In this document: positions 26,697-36,153 of the stretch, one piece after another
Position numbering within the stretch: the first letter of the stretch is position 1
Layout: every line of letters begins with the position of its first letter
From: a virus
Lineage: Duplodnaviria; Caudoviricetes
Length of the DNA: 59,542 nt
Direction: 5' to 3' (one strand)
Virus record (IMG/VR): IMGVR_UViG_3300030329_002202
Coordinates: 1 to 59,542 of that record
The notes under the pieces: model-generated
Database searches by the model: none
What the model saw: the letters and a program-made list of their open reading frames with translations, nothing else
What the model was told of the DNA's origin: nothing
Translations under genes and position numbers: made by a program

Positions 26697-28483
26697 TGGC
26701 ACTAAAAGGACAAATAGTAGAACAGGTATTAAAAATTGTAAATGGAGGTCAGTTAAATGATGACTCAAAAATTACAAAACAAGAAGTGGGTGCTCTATTA
26801 GAGCAAGAGAGAGACGCTTTAGTTAGAAAAACAATACTAGAAAATGCTACTCTAGGAGAACATGAATTGCCAAATGAATTTATAAGTGTTCATAGATGTC
26901 AGATATACGTTGACCACCTATATGGTGGTGGTGGTAGACCTTATGTTTATTTACCTCATCAACCAGTTAATCTACCAAATGATGGTGGTATATATAGAGT
27001 TTGTAAAATAACTGATGTTTATGAAGGAACCAATACAACATCTGGATATGATGTTAGAAGGGATAAGCTTGATATTTTAATTGCATCAGATGATTCAGAA
27101 ACACATAACTTGGGTGCTGATAGTGAGTATCAAATTAAGTTTCAAAATAAAAAGGCAGGTGGTCATCATGATATAGGAAACAAATTTGTGTTTTCATTGT
27201 TGTTTGGACAAACTGAAGCTAACGCTAAAAAATATAGCTTTCAATTTACCTATAAAAATCAATCAGGAAGAGGTTCTGATGAAACAACTTTACACAACTT
27301 AAATGCAAATGCTTTACTATCAAGCCTTAATAGAAATAAAGACTTCCAGCAGTTTTTAAATACAAACAGGTTGAGAATGACCTGGGCACAAGATGAAATA
27401 GCAACAGAAAATTTCCCAACAATATCTCTTCATTTCCACAGTACATATACTGATTTTTATATGGGTCCCACTCTAAGTACAATGCCAAGCGAATGGGCTA
27501 TCAAATCTGTTCTAACAAACTCTGAGGTTGTTGACTTTTTAGATGGTGGTGCAGGTGATGGTGCTCAAGGAGTAGGAACAAGAAAGGTTTCAACACTTAC
27601 TGAAGCTACTGATACAGCAGGAATATACCCTGCAAGAGGTTTTGGTATTACAATAGAATACTCTAAGAACAGCAGACTAAAAGAGCTTGGAGATGATATT
27701 CATGGAGTTAAATCTAAAGGGTCTACTGTTTTACACACCTATATTGAACTTACTCATGAAGACATGATTGCATTAAACTTTGGTGATGTTGGTTATGGAG
27801 TTCCTACTGTGCAGAACTTAGCTAAAATGTGGGTAAATAAATATGCTAGTATATTAAAAATATATGGCATAAGGGCATATATAAACCCAGCAAGTGGTTC
27901 TGGTGCTGAAATATCAATAGAAGAGGAAACTCCATTAGGTGGATTTGACGATGTTAGATTTCAGCCACAGGGCACAATATCTGGAGCAATAAGTGCTGAC
28001 GATTTTGGTGGTCAGCATATGCATAAATCATCAGAGAGGTTAAATTATAGAGAGCTGTATTGTTACTCTAGGATGCCTAATCCTGGCATGTATTCTAGAA
28101 TGTATGATGACGCAATACTTCTTAGTGGTAAAAAGTTTTGGTATAGACAAGATAGTTTAACAGGTCCAGATAGATTTCATCAAAGTGATAATCCTGGTCC
28201 ATTTTCAGATACAGGAGACCATGGGAGAGCAAAGCTATATCTATACAATGAGAATCCTAGAGATGTTGTTGCAAATACCAATATGGAATATAGTGACCCA
28301 AACAGGTATCCAATGCACATAAATGTTTGGATGGTTGCTAAATCAGGTGTTTATGAAATGAATGAAGAGTTCCCAGTTCCAGAAGATGCTTTGTCAGAAA
28401 TAATAAAATCCTTAGTTGCTACATTTACAACAATGAGAGCAGCCAAAGAGGATGTAGTAAATGATAACATAGATATAGTATAA
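26696..28483 (+). CDS. Tail ring-like protein with a large central insertion
   Basis: N-terminal GQIVEQV..GG...DDSKI and C-terminal EEFPVPED...IIK resemble ring proteins; located in the tail cluster. Confidence 0.5.
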   Translation: MALKGQIVEQVLKIVNGGQLNDDSKITKQEVGALLEQERDALVRKTILENATLGEHELPNEFISVHRCQIYVDHLYGGGGRPYVYLPHQPVNLPNDGGIYRVCKITDVYEGTNTTSGYDVRRDKLDILIASDDSETHNLGADSEYQIKFQNKKAGGHHDIGNKFVFSLLFGQTEANAKKYSFQFTYKNQSGRGSDETTLHNLNANALLSSLNRNKDFQQFLNTNRLRMTWAQDEIATENFPTISLHFHSTYTDFYMGPTLSTMPSEWAIKSVLTNSEVVDFLDGGAGDGAQGVGTRKVSTLTEATDTAGIYPARGFGITIEYSKNSRLKELGDDIHGVKSKGSTVLHTYIELTHEDMIALNFGDVGYGVPTVQNLAKMWVNKYASILKIYGIRAYINPASGSGAEISIEEETPLGGFDDVRFQPQGTISGAISADDFGGQHMHKSSERLNYRELYCYSRMPNPGMYSRMYDDAILLSGKKFWYRQDSLTGPDRFHQSDNPGPFSDTGDHGRAKLYLYNENPRDVVANTNMEYSDPNRYPMHINVWMVAKSGVYEMNEEFPVPEDALSEIIKSLVATFTTMRAAKEDVVNDNIDIV

Positions 28484-29196
28484 TGTATATAGAGTTAGAA
28501 GAAATAATAAACGAGCTTCTTATTGAAGAAGGAAAAACAAGTGAGAATGATTTTCTTAGATACTTTAAGTTAGGTATGAGAGGAATGAAAGAGCTCAGTT
28601 TTGATGTTGGTGGAGGAAATAAAACAGTAGAGCTTGTTGTTGATTCTAACACTTTAACTGTCAATTTACCAAGTGATTATGTTAAGTATATAAAAATAGC
28701 TGTATATGGTAAAGATGGTGATTTACACCCTCTTGGTCTTAGAAATAAAAAGTCACTAATATCCACTGTAGCTAATTCTGTTCAATCTAATGACGATGAA
28801 TTAAATCCATCATATTTTGAATATTCTCAAGAATATGGAATTGGTGGAGGAAATAATGCTAATGGATATTATAGAGTTGATTTAGAGAACTCCACTATAC
28901 AATTTACCTCTGCACTATCTGGTAAAAAGATAATTTTAGAATATATATCTAATTCTCTTATACACCCAAAAGAAGGAAAAGTTGTTATACATGAGTTTAT
29001 GGCTGATGCGATGAGAGCATATATATATTGGAAGTCTATACATAGAAAGAGGGCTGTGGACCCAGGAGAAAAGACTTCTGCTAAAACAGATTATTATAAC
29101 CAAAAGAGGCTTGCTAGAGCAAGAATGTTGAGTTTCACAAAACAAGAAGCTTTACAAACAATAAGAAAACCATTCAAGCAAGCTCCTAAAATATAA
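28483..29196 (+). CDS. Tail tubular/ring protein
   Basis: LPSDYVKYIKI, IILEYIS, AMRAYIYWK, KRLARAR. Confidence 0.6.
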   Translation: MYIELEEIINELLIEEGKTSENDFLRYFKLGMRGMKELSFDVGGGNKTVELVVDSNTLTVNLPSDYVKYIKIAVYGKDGDLHPLGLRNKKSLISTVANSVQSNDDELNPSYFEYSQEYGIGGGNNANGYYRVDLENSTIQFTSALSGKKIILEYISNSLIHPKEGKVVIHEFMADAMRAYIYWKSIHRKRAVDPGEKTSAKTDYYNQKRLARARMLSFTKQEALQTIRKPFKQAPKI

Positions 29197-29200
29197 ATAA

Positions 29201-32200
29201 ATGCAAGATAAAAGGAATTTTCAAGGTGGACTTAACAGAGATGATGATGCCAGGGTTATGCCTGATGGAGATTATTTCTATGCCCAAAATATAAGAATAT
29301 TATCTTCTGAGGATAATACAACTATGCTTGTTGAAAATGTAAGGGGTACAACCAGTGAAACTTATTCAGAAGCAACATTAGGTTCTGCACGTGAATATAA
29401 AGTTATTGGTTCTTATGAAGATAAGAAAAAGGAGTGTCTTTATTATTTTATATGGAACGTTCAAGCATATCACCTTATATTAGAGTATAATATCAACACA
29501 GACACAATATCTACTGTGTATAGGGATGCAGGTGAAGAAATCAATAATGTTCTTAGATTTGATAAAAATACCCTTATAACAGGTATTAACAAAATTGATG
29601 ATTTATTATATTGGACTTGTGATAATACATATATAGACAATAAGGGGGAGCTTAGAAATAATGAACCAAAGTATATTAACGTAGAAAAAGCTAAAACAGG
29701 TTGGTCTGCTTATTACGCAAATGGAAATTACAATGCTAATCCAAGAACAGCATTTCCCATAGAGACATCTTACCCATTTGAGTTTTTCGCAGCAGCAGAT
29801 GGTTCAACTTATAGTCTTGTTGATTTTGAGCATAAATTAAAATATATTGATGTGTGTAAATATAAACCACCACCTCCAATATATAAAAACCAGACACCAA
29901 TTAGAAATGTATCTACCAGCCCTTATACACCAATAGGTCCTGTTGGACCAATAATTTTACAACAAACTATGCAATATGGGCCAGAAATACCTGCAAATGG
30001 TATAAGTTATTCAAATATACCACTTAGTCTAGTGGAGAGTAGGGACGAGTTAGAATTTGCTTATAAGAAAAATAATCTATATGGTCACGTTTGGCAGTTT
30101 GCTTATAGATATATATATAAAAACAATGAGCAAGGTGCTTATTCTGAATGGAGCTGGGTTCTTCCACCACCACAATATGGAACAAACATGGTGGATGAAG
30201 GTAAACAGAACTTATATAACGAAATAAGAGTGTGGTATCACAATGGGCCTGCTGATGTTGAGAAAATAGAGATAGTTGCTAGAAAGTGTTCTTATATAGA
30301 GACATCTCCAGATGAGGGTAATAAGGGTGAGTTTTACCTTATAGCAACTGTAGATAATTATTATTATGATTCAACATGGTCTGAAACTACTGATACTTCT
30401 GATACTGGTGGTCTATATTATGGCTACACATCTATGCAAAATGCAAACACTCCATATATAAATACTTACAATACAGATGGTTCAAGCACACAGCATCAAG
30501 ACCAACCAACAGGATATATAGATTTTAGAAACGATGGTGTGTACAGTCAAGTTGACCCTGTTGCTTTTGGAAAGTTGTTTGACCAGGTTCCTTTAAGGGC
30601 AAAAGCTCAAGAGATAATTGGAAAAAATAGATTGGCTTATGGTAATTATGTAGATGGATTTGACCAAGTAAAGCCACATTTTGAACTAATGCCTGAATAT
30701 GGAAATGAAATCCAGTTTACAATAATAAACCCAACAAGCGATAATAGTGATACTAATTGGTACACTTTAGGTGGTTCTAGTTTTGATGCTGGTATAATAC
30801 AGGAATACGATTTGACTGAAGAAAATTTTGGTGGTAGCACAAAACTTGGTGCTGACTCTATAAATGCCCACCCAAACTGGAATGGATGGATGTATCTCCC
30901 TGACCACCCAGAGATGACTTATGATTCTCAGGCACAACCAAGAGAGGCTCTGGCGATTGATGCGAGAGCTTTTCAATTACAAAGTATAATAACCTTTCCA
31001 ACAGTAGCACAGTTTGGTCAAAAATTTAGAATTAGAGTTGGACAGAAGCTTAGGTATAAGCAAGATTGTAAAGGTGCTTGGTGGCCTAATTATTTTAGTG
31101 ATGGATTTCTTGATTATAAATATTTTGGTTATCAAATAGATTTAGAAAAAACAGTAGGTGGAGGTGGAATACCTGCTCTTATTGATGAATTTATTGAAGA
31201 TATAAAAATAATATGTAACTACGACCAGGTGGCTAACCCCCCAACTATACCAGACTATAGAGGCACTGAAGAGACTAACCCTTACTGGGGAGAACCAATA
31301 AGACCTTATTGGAGGGGTAGTGATAGTTGCGATTCTGATTGCACTCCTAACTATGGAGATTGGGATGCTCCACTCCAAACATCAGCAGAGATGCATTTAA
31401 AAACAATAGAGAAGGTTGATAGTGATTTTGGAAATGATAATGTTATAAGAATGTTTTGGCACCCATTTGGACAAACTATAAGCGAAAGCACTGGTTACCC
31501 AAATGGTAACTGTTCTCAAAATTATCCAATAATATATTATAGAAGGTGTACTGGGGAAGAAACAACCAATCTACATGTTATGAAAAGTAGTAATGGAACT
31601 TATAGAGATTTTACTGAATGTGGTAGTTGTAATTGTTCATCAGGATACAGGACTTTTGACTGTAATGATTTTGCTTGTCAACCATGTGATTTTTGTTGTC
31701 GAGCTAAAGCTTGGGATGATACTGAAAGGTACATGCCTAGTGCTCCAGAGTGGCACTCTAAATTTACATATTCCCCTGCACTAGAGCAAGGAACTATATG
31801 GGAAGACTCAAATAACACAAATGATACATTAGAAAACAATATTAAAATTGTAGATGATGCATCTACTTTTAAGTCTGGTGCTTGGCATAGATTTGGTTTG
31901 GTTTATTATGACGAAAAGGGAAGAAGTTCTACTGTTATGTTAAATGAACCTACCCCTGCTGCCCCTGACAGAAACTCTTCTGTTTATGTAGCATTCCCAA
32001 CAGAAAGAAAATATAAGCAGTTTCTAGATGAGGATGGTAGTTTTAATTATACAAACAATGCATTAAGTAATGCAGAAAAACTACAACCTGCTGATATTGC
32101 GTGGAAGATATATCATAAACCACCTGTTTGGGCGAGGTATTATCATTGGGTATACGCAAGAAACTCTTCTGTTGGTGAGTTTCTGCAATTTATGATTGAC

Positions 32201-34885
32201 GCTGCTTATGTTAATAAAGGAGCAAAAGCTGGAACCTCCCAAGGTGAGGCAACTGCAGATTCAAAAATATACATATCATTAAACACAATGGATGGTAGAG
32301 ATTGGAGTTATGGAAATAGAAATAGGTCTCTTGTTGGTAAGTGGAGTTTTGCTGAGGGCGATAGAATAAGGATATTAACAGATTCTAATGGTACTGTAAT
32401 GACAAATCCTGATACAGATGTTCAAACATATTATGATTTTAAAATCAGTGAAGTTGGTCACTATCCTGGTAGGTTTGATTATGACCCAAATGCCCCTGAA
32501 GATATGGAGGATGGTAGGTCAGGTAAAGTTAAATTAAGTCCTGACTCCCCTGCTGGTGGTGAATTAAATCAACCAGCTAAAGCAAAACCTGGAAAGTTTA
32601 TTATATTAGATGACCCAAAAGTGCCAGGATATAATATAGACAGTGAGGTGGATGGTGAAATAACAAAATGGGCTGGGGTTAGAGTTGAAATATATAGGCC
32701 TAAGAAAAACACAAATGAAGAAGAAAGTTTATATTATGAATTTTCTGAAAGGCATGCTATAGTTGAACCTGGAACAGAAGCCAGAAGACATGCAGGTGGT
32801 GCAGGAGGGCAGGTTCAACAACCAGATGCTGACTATATAGCTGGAGACAATGTTGATTCAGACGTTCCTGCAACAGGTAGATTTAGGAGAGGTGATGTAT
32901 GGTATAAATCTAGGGACCTCAGCACTGCTGCTGTAACTGTCCCTGGTCAGTTTTTTGAAGATTATTTCTTAAACGACTTTATGCAAACTAATCATAATAA
33001 TATAGGTAGGCCACATATATCTAGTCCTTATGCTAAAGCTAAAAGAAGAGAGGCTACTATAACATATTCTGATGTATATACTCTTGACACACAATTTAAT
33101 GGATTGCATTCTTTTAATTTTAGTCAAAGACCATATATGGATTATGATATAACAAAGGGTTCTATACAAAAACTTGTAGCTACAGAAACAAACCTTGTTA
33201 TGATGCAAGAAAATAAATGTTCTACACTAATGATTAGTAAGAATATTATAAATTCTCCTGATGGAGATGCTGGATTAACACTATCTACAAATATTCTACC
33301 TGAAGAGCAGACTTACACAAGTGGTGATTTTGGTCCATGCTTAAACCCAGAATCTGTTGCTGTTCATGAACAGACAATATATTTTATAGATATAAGGAGA
33401 GGGGCTGCTATTAGAATAGGTGGTGATGGCATTACAGTCATTTCTGATTATAAAATGAAGGACTTCTTTAGAGACAAGATGGATTTATATGAAAATATAT
33501 TAGAATCCCAATATGATGATTTACTAGATGGTGGATTATTTATACTAGGTGGGTATGATAGGAGACATGGTGAGTATGTTGTCACATTCCCAAATGTTTA
33601 CTCAAACACTGTAGGAACAACAGATGAGGAGTTGGCTGTTTGGACAACTAGTGATAGGGATTTTGACACAAACTCATTAAGGGAAGATGGAGTTACAGCC
33701 CTCAACTTAAATACTGATGTGTTAAGAGACAACGTAAGAGATGCAATTTATGATGAAGATGTACCAATTATGATAAGAGATGGAGGTAGACGTGTCACAA
33801 TAGCAAACAAAGCTGAAACCATAGCCTTCAATGAGGGGGCTAATAAATGGACTAGCTTCTACACTTTTTACCCTGATTACTATGCGACATTAAATAGAAT
33901 ATTTATATCATTTAAAAATGGTATATTATACAAGCATGATTCTGACGCTACTAATCACACAATGTTTTACGACAATCCATACCCAGATGAATCCATAATA
34001 GAGTTTCCTTTTAATGGAGATGTTTCTTCTGTAAAAACCTGGAACAACTTAACCTTAGAGGGTGCAGATAAACAAGAGGTTATTCCACTTGTTAACACAT
34101 CTACAAATGGTGGTAACGCATCAGTGGTAGCTACAACAGGTAGTGCAAATATAGAGGCTACAAATATAAACTTCCAAGCAAACGATATAGCTGTTGGAGA
34201 TTCTTTATGGTATAACGATAATGGAACTCTTAGAACTTTAGGTGTTATTACTGCTATAACTGATGCAGACACAATTGTTACAAGTGTTGGTGAAGTTAAT
34301 GCTTTTATTGCAGCTAGTAGTACATCATCTGGAAATGCTTTATTTGATGTGTTTGTGATAACTGCTGACACAACAATGTATAAAGCAAAGTTTGAAACAA
34401 ATATCAACAGCTCTGAAGTAACACACAGAACATCTTATGAGAACACAGCTACAAATGCAGGAACTTGGGTAACAAGAGAAGAGGTTGCTAGCACACATAT
34501 ACCATTTGGTAATACAAACACATCAGGTGGAGAATATTTTGGTATTGGAAGCTGTACATGTGCTGACGATTCAACAACATTAACAGGTGCTTCGTTTTTG
34601 TCTGCAGGATTACAAAGTGGTGATATTATTTATTATGATAACAGTGGAACAGAAACCATAATTGGAACAATAGATAGTATAACTGACACTGTAATAACAC
34701 TAACTGGTAATGCTTCTGCAAGTTTAACAAATACATTTATGTTTGTTGTAAAAAATGCCTCAATAGATGGAGACAGGTTAAAGGGTCATTATATGTGGAC
34801 AAGGTTAACGAAAAGAACAAAAGATAAAGTTCACTTATTTGCTGCAAATGCAAATGTAATTAACAGCGAACTTACTAATAAATAA
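29201..34885 (+). CDS. Tail stabilization / muzzle-nozzle protein (P22 gp10 / crAss-like)
   Basis: N-terminal NFQGGLNRDDD..PDGDY.YAQNIR; VPLRAKAQE..NRLAYGNY; FGLVYYDEKGRSS; GPCLNPES; W.SFY.F.P. Confidence 0.8.
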   Translation: MQDKRNFQGGLNRDDDARVMPDGDYFYAQNIRILSSEDNTTMLVENVRGTTSETYSEATLGSAREYKVIGSYEDKKKECLYYFIWNVQAYHLILEYNINTDTISTVYRDAGEEINNVLRFDKNTLITGINKIDDLLYWTCDNTYIDNKGELRNNEPKYINVEKAKTGWSAYYANGNYNANPRTAFPIETSYPFEFFAAADGSTYSLVDFEHKLKYIDVCKYKPPPPIYKNQTPIRNVSTSPYTPIGPVGPIILQQTMQYGPEIPANGISYSNIPLSLVESRDELEFAYKKNNLYGHVWQFAYRYIYKNNEQGAYSEWSWVLPPPQYGTNMVDEGKQNLYNEIRVWYHNGPADVEKIEIVARKCSYIETSPDEGNKGEFYLIATVDNYYYDSTWSETTDTSDTGGLYYGYTSMQNANTPYINTYNTDGSSTQHQDQPTGYIDFRNDGVYSQVDPVAFGKLFDQVPLRAKAQEIIGKNRLAYGNYVDGFDQVKPHFELMPEYGNEIQFTIINPTSDNSDTNWYTLGGSSFDAGIIQEYDLTEENFGGSTKLGADSINAHPNWNGWMYLPDHPEMTYDSQAQPREALAIDARAFQLQSIITFPTVAQFGQKFRIRVGQKLRYKQDCKGAWWPNYFSDGFLDYKYFGYQIDLEKTVGGGGIPALIDEFIEDIKIICNYDQVANPPTIPDYRGTEETNPYWGEPIRPYWRGSDSCDSDCTPNYGDWDAPLQTSAEMHLKTIEKVDSDFGNDNVIRMFWHPFGQTISESTGYPNGNCSQNYPIIYYRRCTGEETTNLHVMKSSNGTYRDFTECGSCNCSSGYRTFDCNDFACQPCDFCCRAKAWDDTERYMPSAPEWHSKFTYSPALEQGTIWEDSNNTNDTLENNIKIVDDASTFKSGAWHRFGLVYYDEKGRSSTVMLNEPTPAAPDRNSSVYVAFPTERKYKQFLDEDGSFNYTNNALSNAEKLQPADIAWKIYHKPPVWARYYHWVYARNSSVGEFLQFMIDAAYVNKGAKAGTSQGEATADSKIYISLNTMDGRDWSYGNRNRSLVGKWSFAEGDRIRILTDSNGTVMTNPDTDVQTYYDFKISEVGHYPGRFDYDPNAPEDMEDGRSGKVKLSPDSPAGGELNQPAKAKPGKFIILDDPKVPGYNIDSEVDGEITKWAGVRVEIYRPKKNTNEEESLYYEFSERHAIVEPGTEARRHAGGAGGQVQQPDADYIAGDNVDSDVPATGRFRRGDVWYKSRDLSTAAVTVPGQFFEDYFLNDFMQTNHNNIGRPHISSPYAKAKRREATITYSDVYTLDTQFNGLHSFNFSQRPYMDYDITKGSIQKLVATETNLVMMQENKCSTLMISKNIINSPDGDAGLTLSTNILPEEQTYTSGDFGPCLNPESVAVHEQTIYFIDIRRGAAIRIGGDGITVISDYKMKDFFRDKMDLYENILESQYDDLLDGGLFILGGYDRRHGEYVVTFPNVYSNTVGTTDEELAVWTTSDRDFDTNSLREDGVTALNLNTDVLRDNVRDAIYDEDVPIMIRDGGRRVTIANKAETIAFNEGANKWTSFYTFYPDYYATLNRIFISFKNGILYKHDSDATNHTMFYDNPYPDESIIEFPFNGDVSSVKTWNNLTLEGADKQEVIPLVNTSTNGGNASVVATTGSANIEATNINFQANDIAVGDSLWYNDNGTLRTLGVITAITDADTIVTSVGEVNAFIAASSTSSGNALFDVFVITADTTMYKAKFETNINSSEVTHRTSYENTATNAGTWVTREEVASTHIPFGNTNTSGGEYFGIGSCTCADDSTTLTGASFLSAGLQSGDIIYYDNSGTETIIGTIDSITDTVITLTGNASASLTNTFMFVVKNASIDGDRLKGHYMWTRLTKRTKDKVHLFAANANVINSELTNK

Positions 34886-34896
34886 ATAATAATTAC

Positions 34897-34904
34897 TATA
34901 TTTG
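34897..34904 (+). promoter_or_regulatory. Bacteroidota promoter -7 element (TATATTTG)
   Basis: Intergenic, just upstream of the internal virion protein genes. Confidence 0.6.
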
Positions 34905-34911
34905 TAAAATT

Positions 34912-36141
34912 ATGGCTAAAACTAGAAAAAATTTCAAAAAACATATGATGTATAGCAAATCAGGTGAAGGCAAAATGGCTAAAACCTATGAAGAGCATAT
35001 GTTGTTAAAAAAGAAAGGATGGGGTCATACAAAGCCAAAAAGAAAATTAAAAGGTTTACAGGCTGCTAAATACTTTATTGGTGGGCTTATTTCTGGTATA
35101 AAGGGAGCTAAACAGTCTAAGCAGGATATAGCTAAGGCTGAAGCTGATAGGCAGGCTCAATTAGCTAAAGAGGAAGAGCTTAGAAACAGTAGGCAAAAAT
35201 TAACCATGTCTCCTGAAATCGAGAAGATGAAAGAGGGACTTGGTGGTACAGAGATACAAAGAAGACAAGAGGCTGCTGAAAGAGCAAGAGCAGGTGCTAT
35301 GGCTGCTGCCACTAGGGGTGGTTCTAGGGTAGACCCATTTGCTGCTGCTAGAGCTGGAGAAGCACAGGAAAGTAAGTTAGCAACTGAACAAGCCACTGCA
35401 CAGAGAGCTGGATTAAAAGCAGGCGTTGAAGAAAGAGGAAAATTAAGAACTATGCAGGAAGATAGGCAAAAGGCTGATTATGCTAGACAAGCTCAATTGG
35501 CTGATTATGCTAGAGAAGATGTGATGGCTGCTCAATCTAATTTAGCATCTTACCAACAACAACAATATGGTGCTATTGACGCAGGTATTGGTACAGTTAC
35601 CAGTATGTTTGCTAAAAGTGGGGCTAGAGTAAAATTAAAAGATAAAATGAGAAAAAAATATAGAGAGGGTGGAAAACCAAATAATAATAAAATGCCAAAT
35701 CTTCCACCAGAAGGACTAGAGCAGGCTATACCTGTTGGACCAAACCCTTCAAAAGACCAGATGGATGCAGGTGAAGCTGAAGTTACTCCAGGAAAATTCT
35801 CTCATGAAAAGAACCCTATTGATTTAGTTCAGAAAAATGGAGAAGAGGGAAAGCCTGAAAAGATAGGTGAAATGACAGGTGGTGAAGCAATAGTTCCACC
35901 TAAAAATGTAAAACAAATCAGAAACATGATTAAAACCAATGATGGTCAGGGTTTAGTTAGATTAATGAACAGATTGTTAACTAAGTGGGATAAGGAGGCT
36001 GGAGAAGACCCAGAGTCAGAAGCTGAATTTGGAAAAACAATGAAAGCTAAACATGGTCACGTAATTAAACCAAGGGTGCCATCAGGTAAACAAAAGTTTA
36101 AGTGGAGAAACTTAGGTAGAGGAACAATAGGTAAACTTTAA
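34912..36141 (+). CDS. Internal virion (ejection) protein
   Basis: Ala/Gln-rich helical core; KYFIGGL, YREGGK and EMTGGEAIV motifs; follows the muzzle gene. Confidence 0.65.
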   Translation: MAKTRKNFKKHMMYSKSGEGKMAKTYEEHMLLKKKGWGHTKPKRKLKGLQAAKYFIGGLISGIKGAKQSKQDIAKAEADRQAQLAKEEELRNSRQKLTMSPEIEKMKEGLGGTEIQRRQEAAERARAGAMAAATRGGSRVDPFAAARAGEAQESKLATEQATAQRAGLKAGVEERGKLRTMQEDRQKADYARQAQLADYAREDVMAAQSNLASYQQQQYGAIDAGIGTVTSMFAKSGARVKLKDKMRKKYREGGKPNNNKMPNLPPEGLEQAIPVGPNPSKDQMDAGEAEVTPGKFSHEKNPIDLVQKNGEEGKPEKIGEMTGGEAIVPPKNVKQIRNMIKTNDGQGLVRLMNRLLTKWDKEAGEDPESEAEFGKTMKAKHGHVIKPRVPSGKQKFKWRNLGRGTIGKL

Positions 36142-36153
36142 ATAACATAACAT

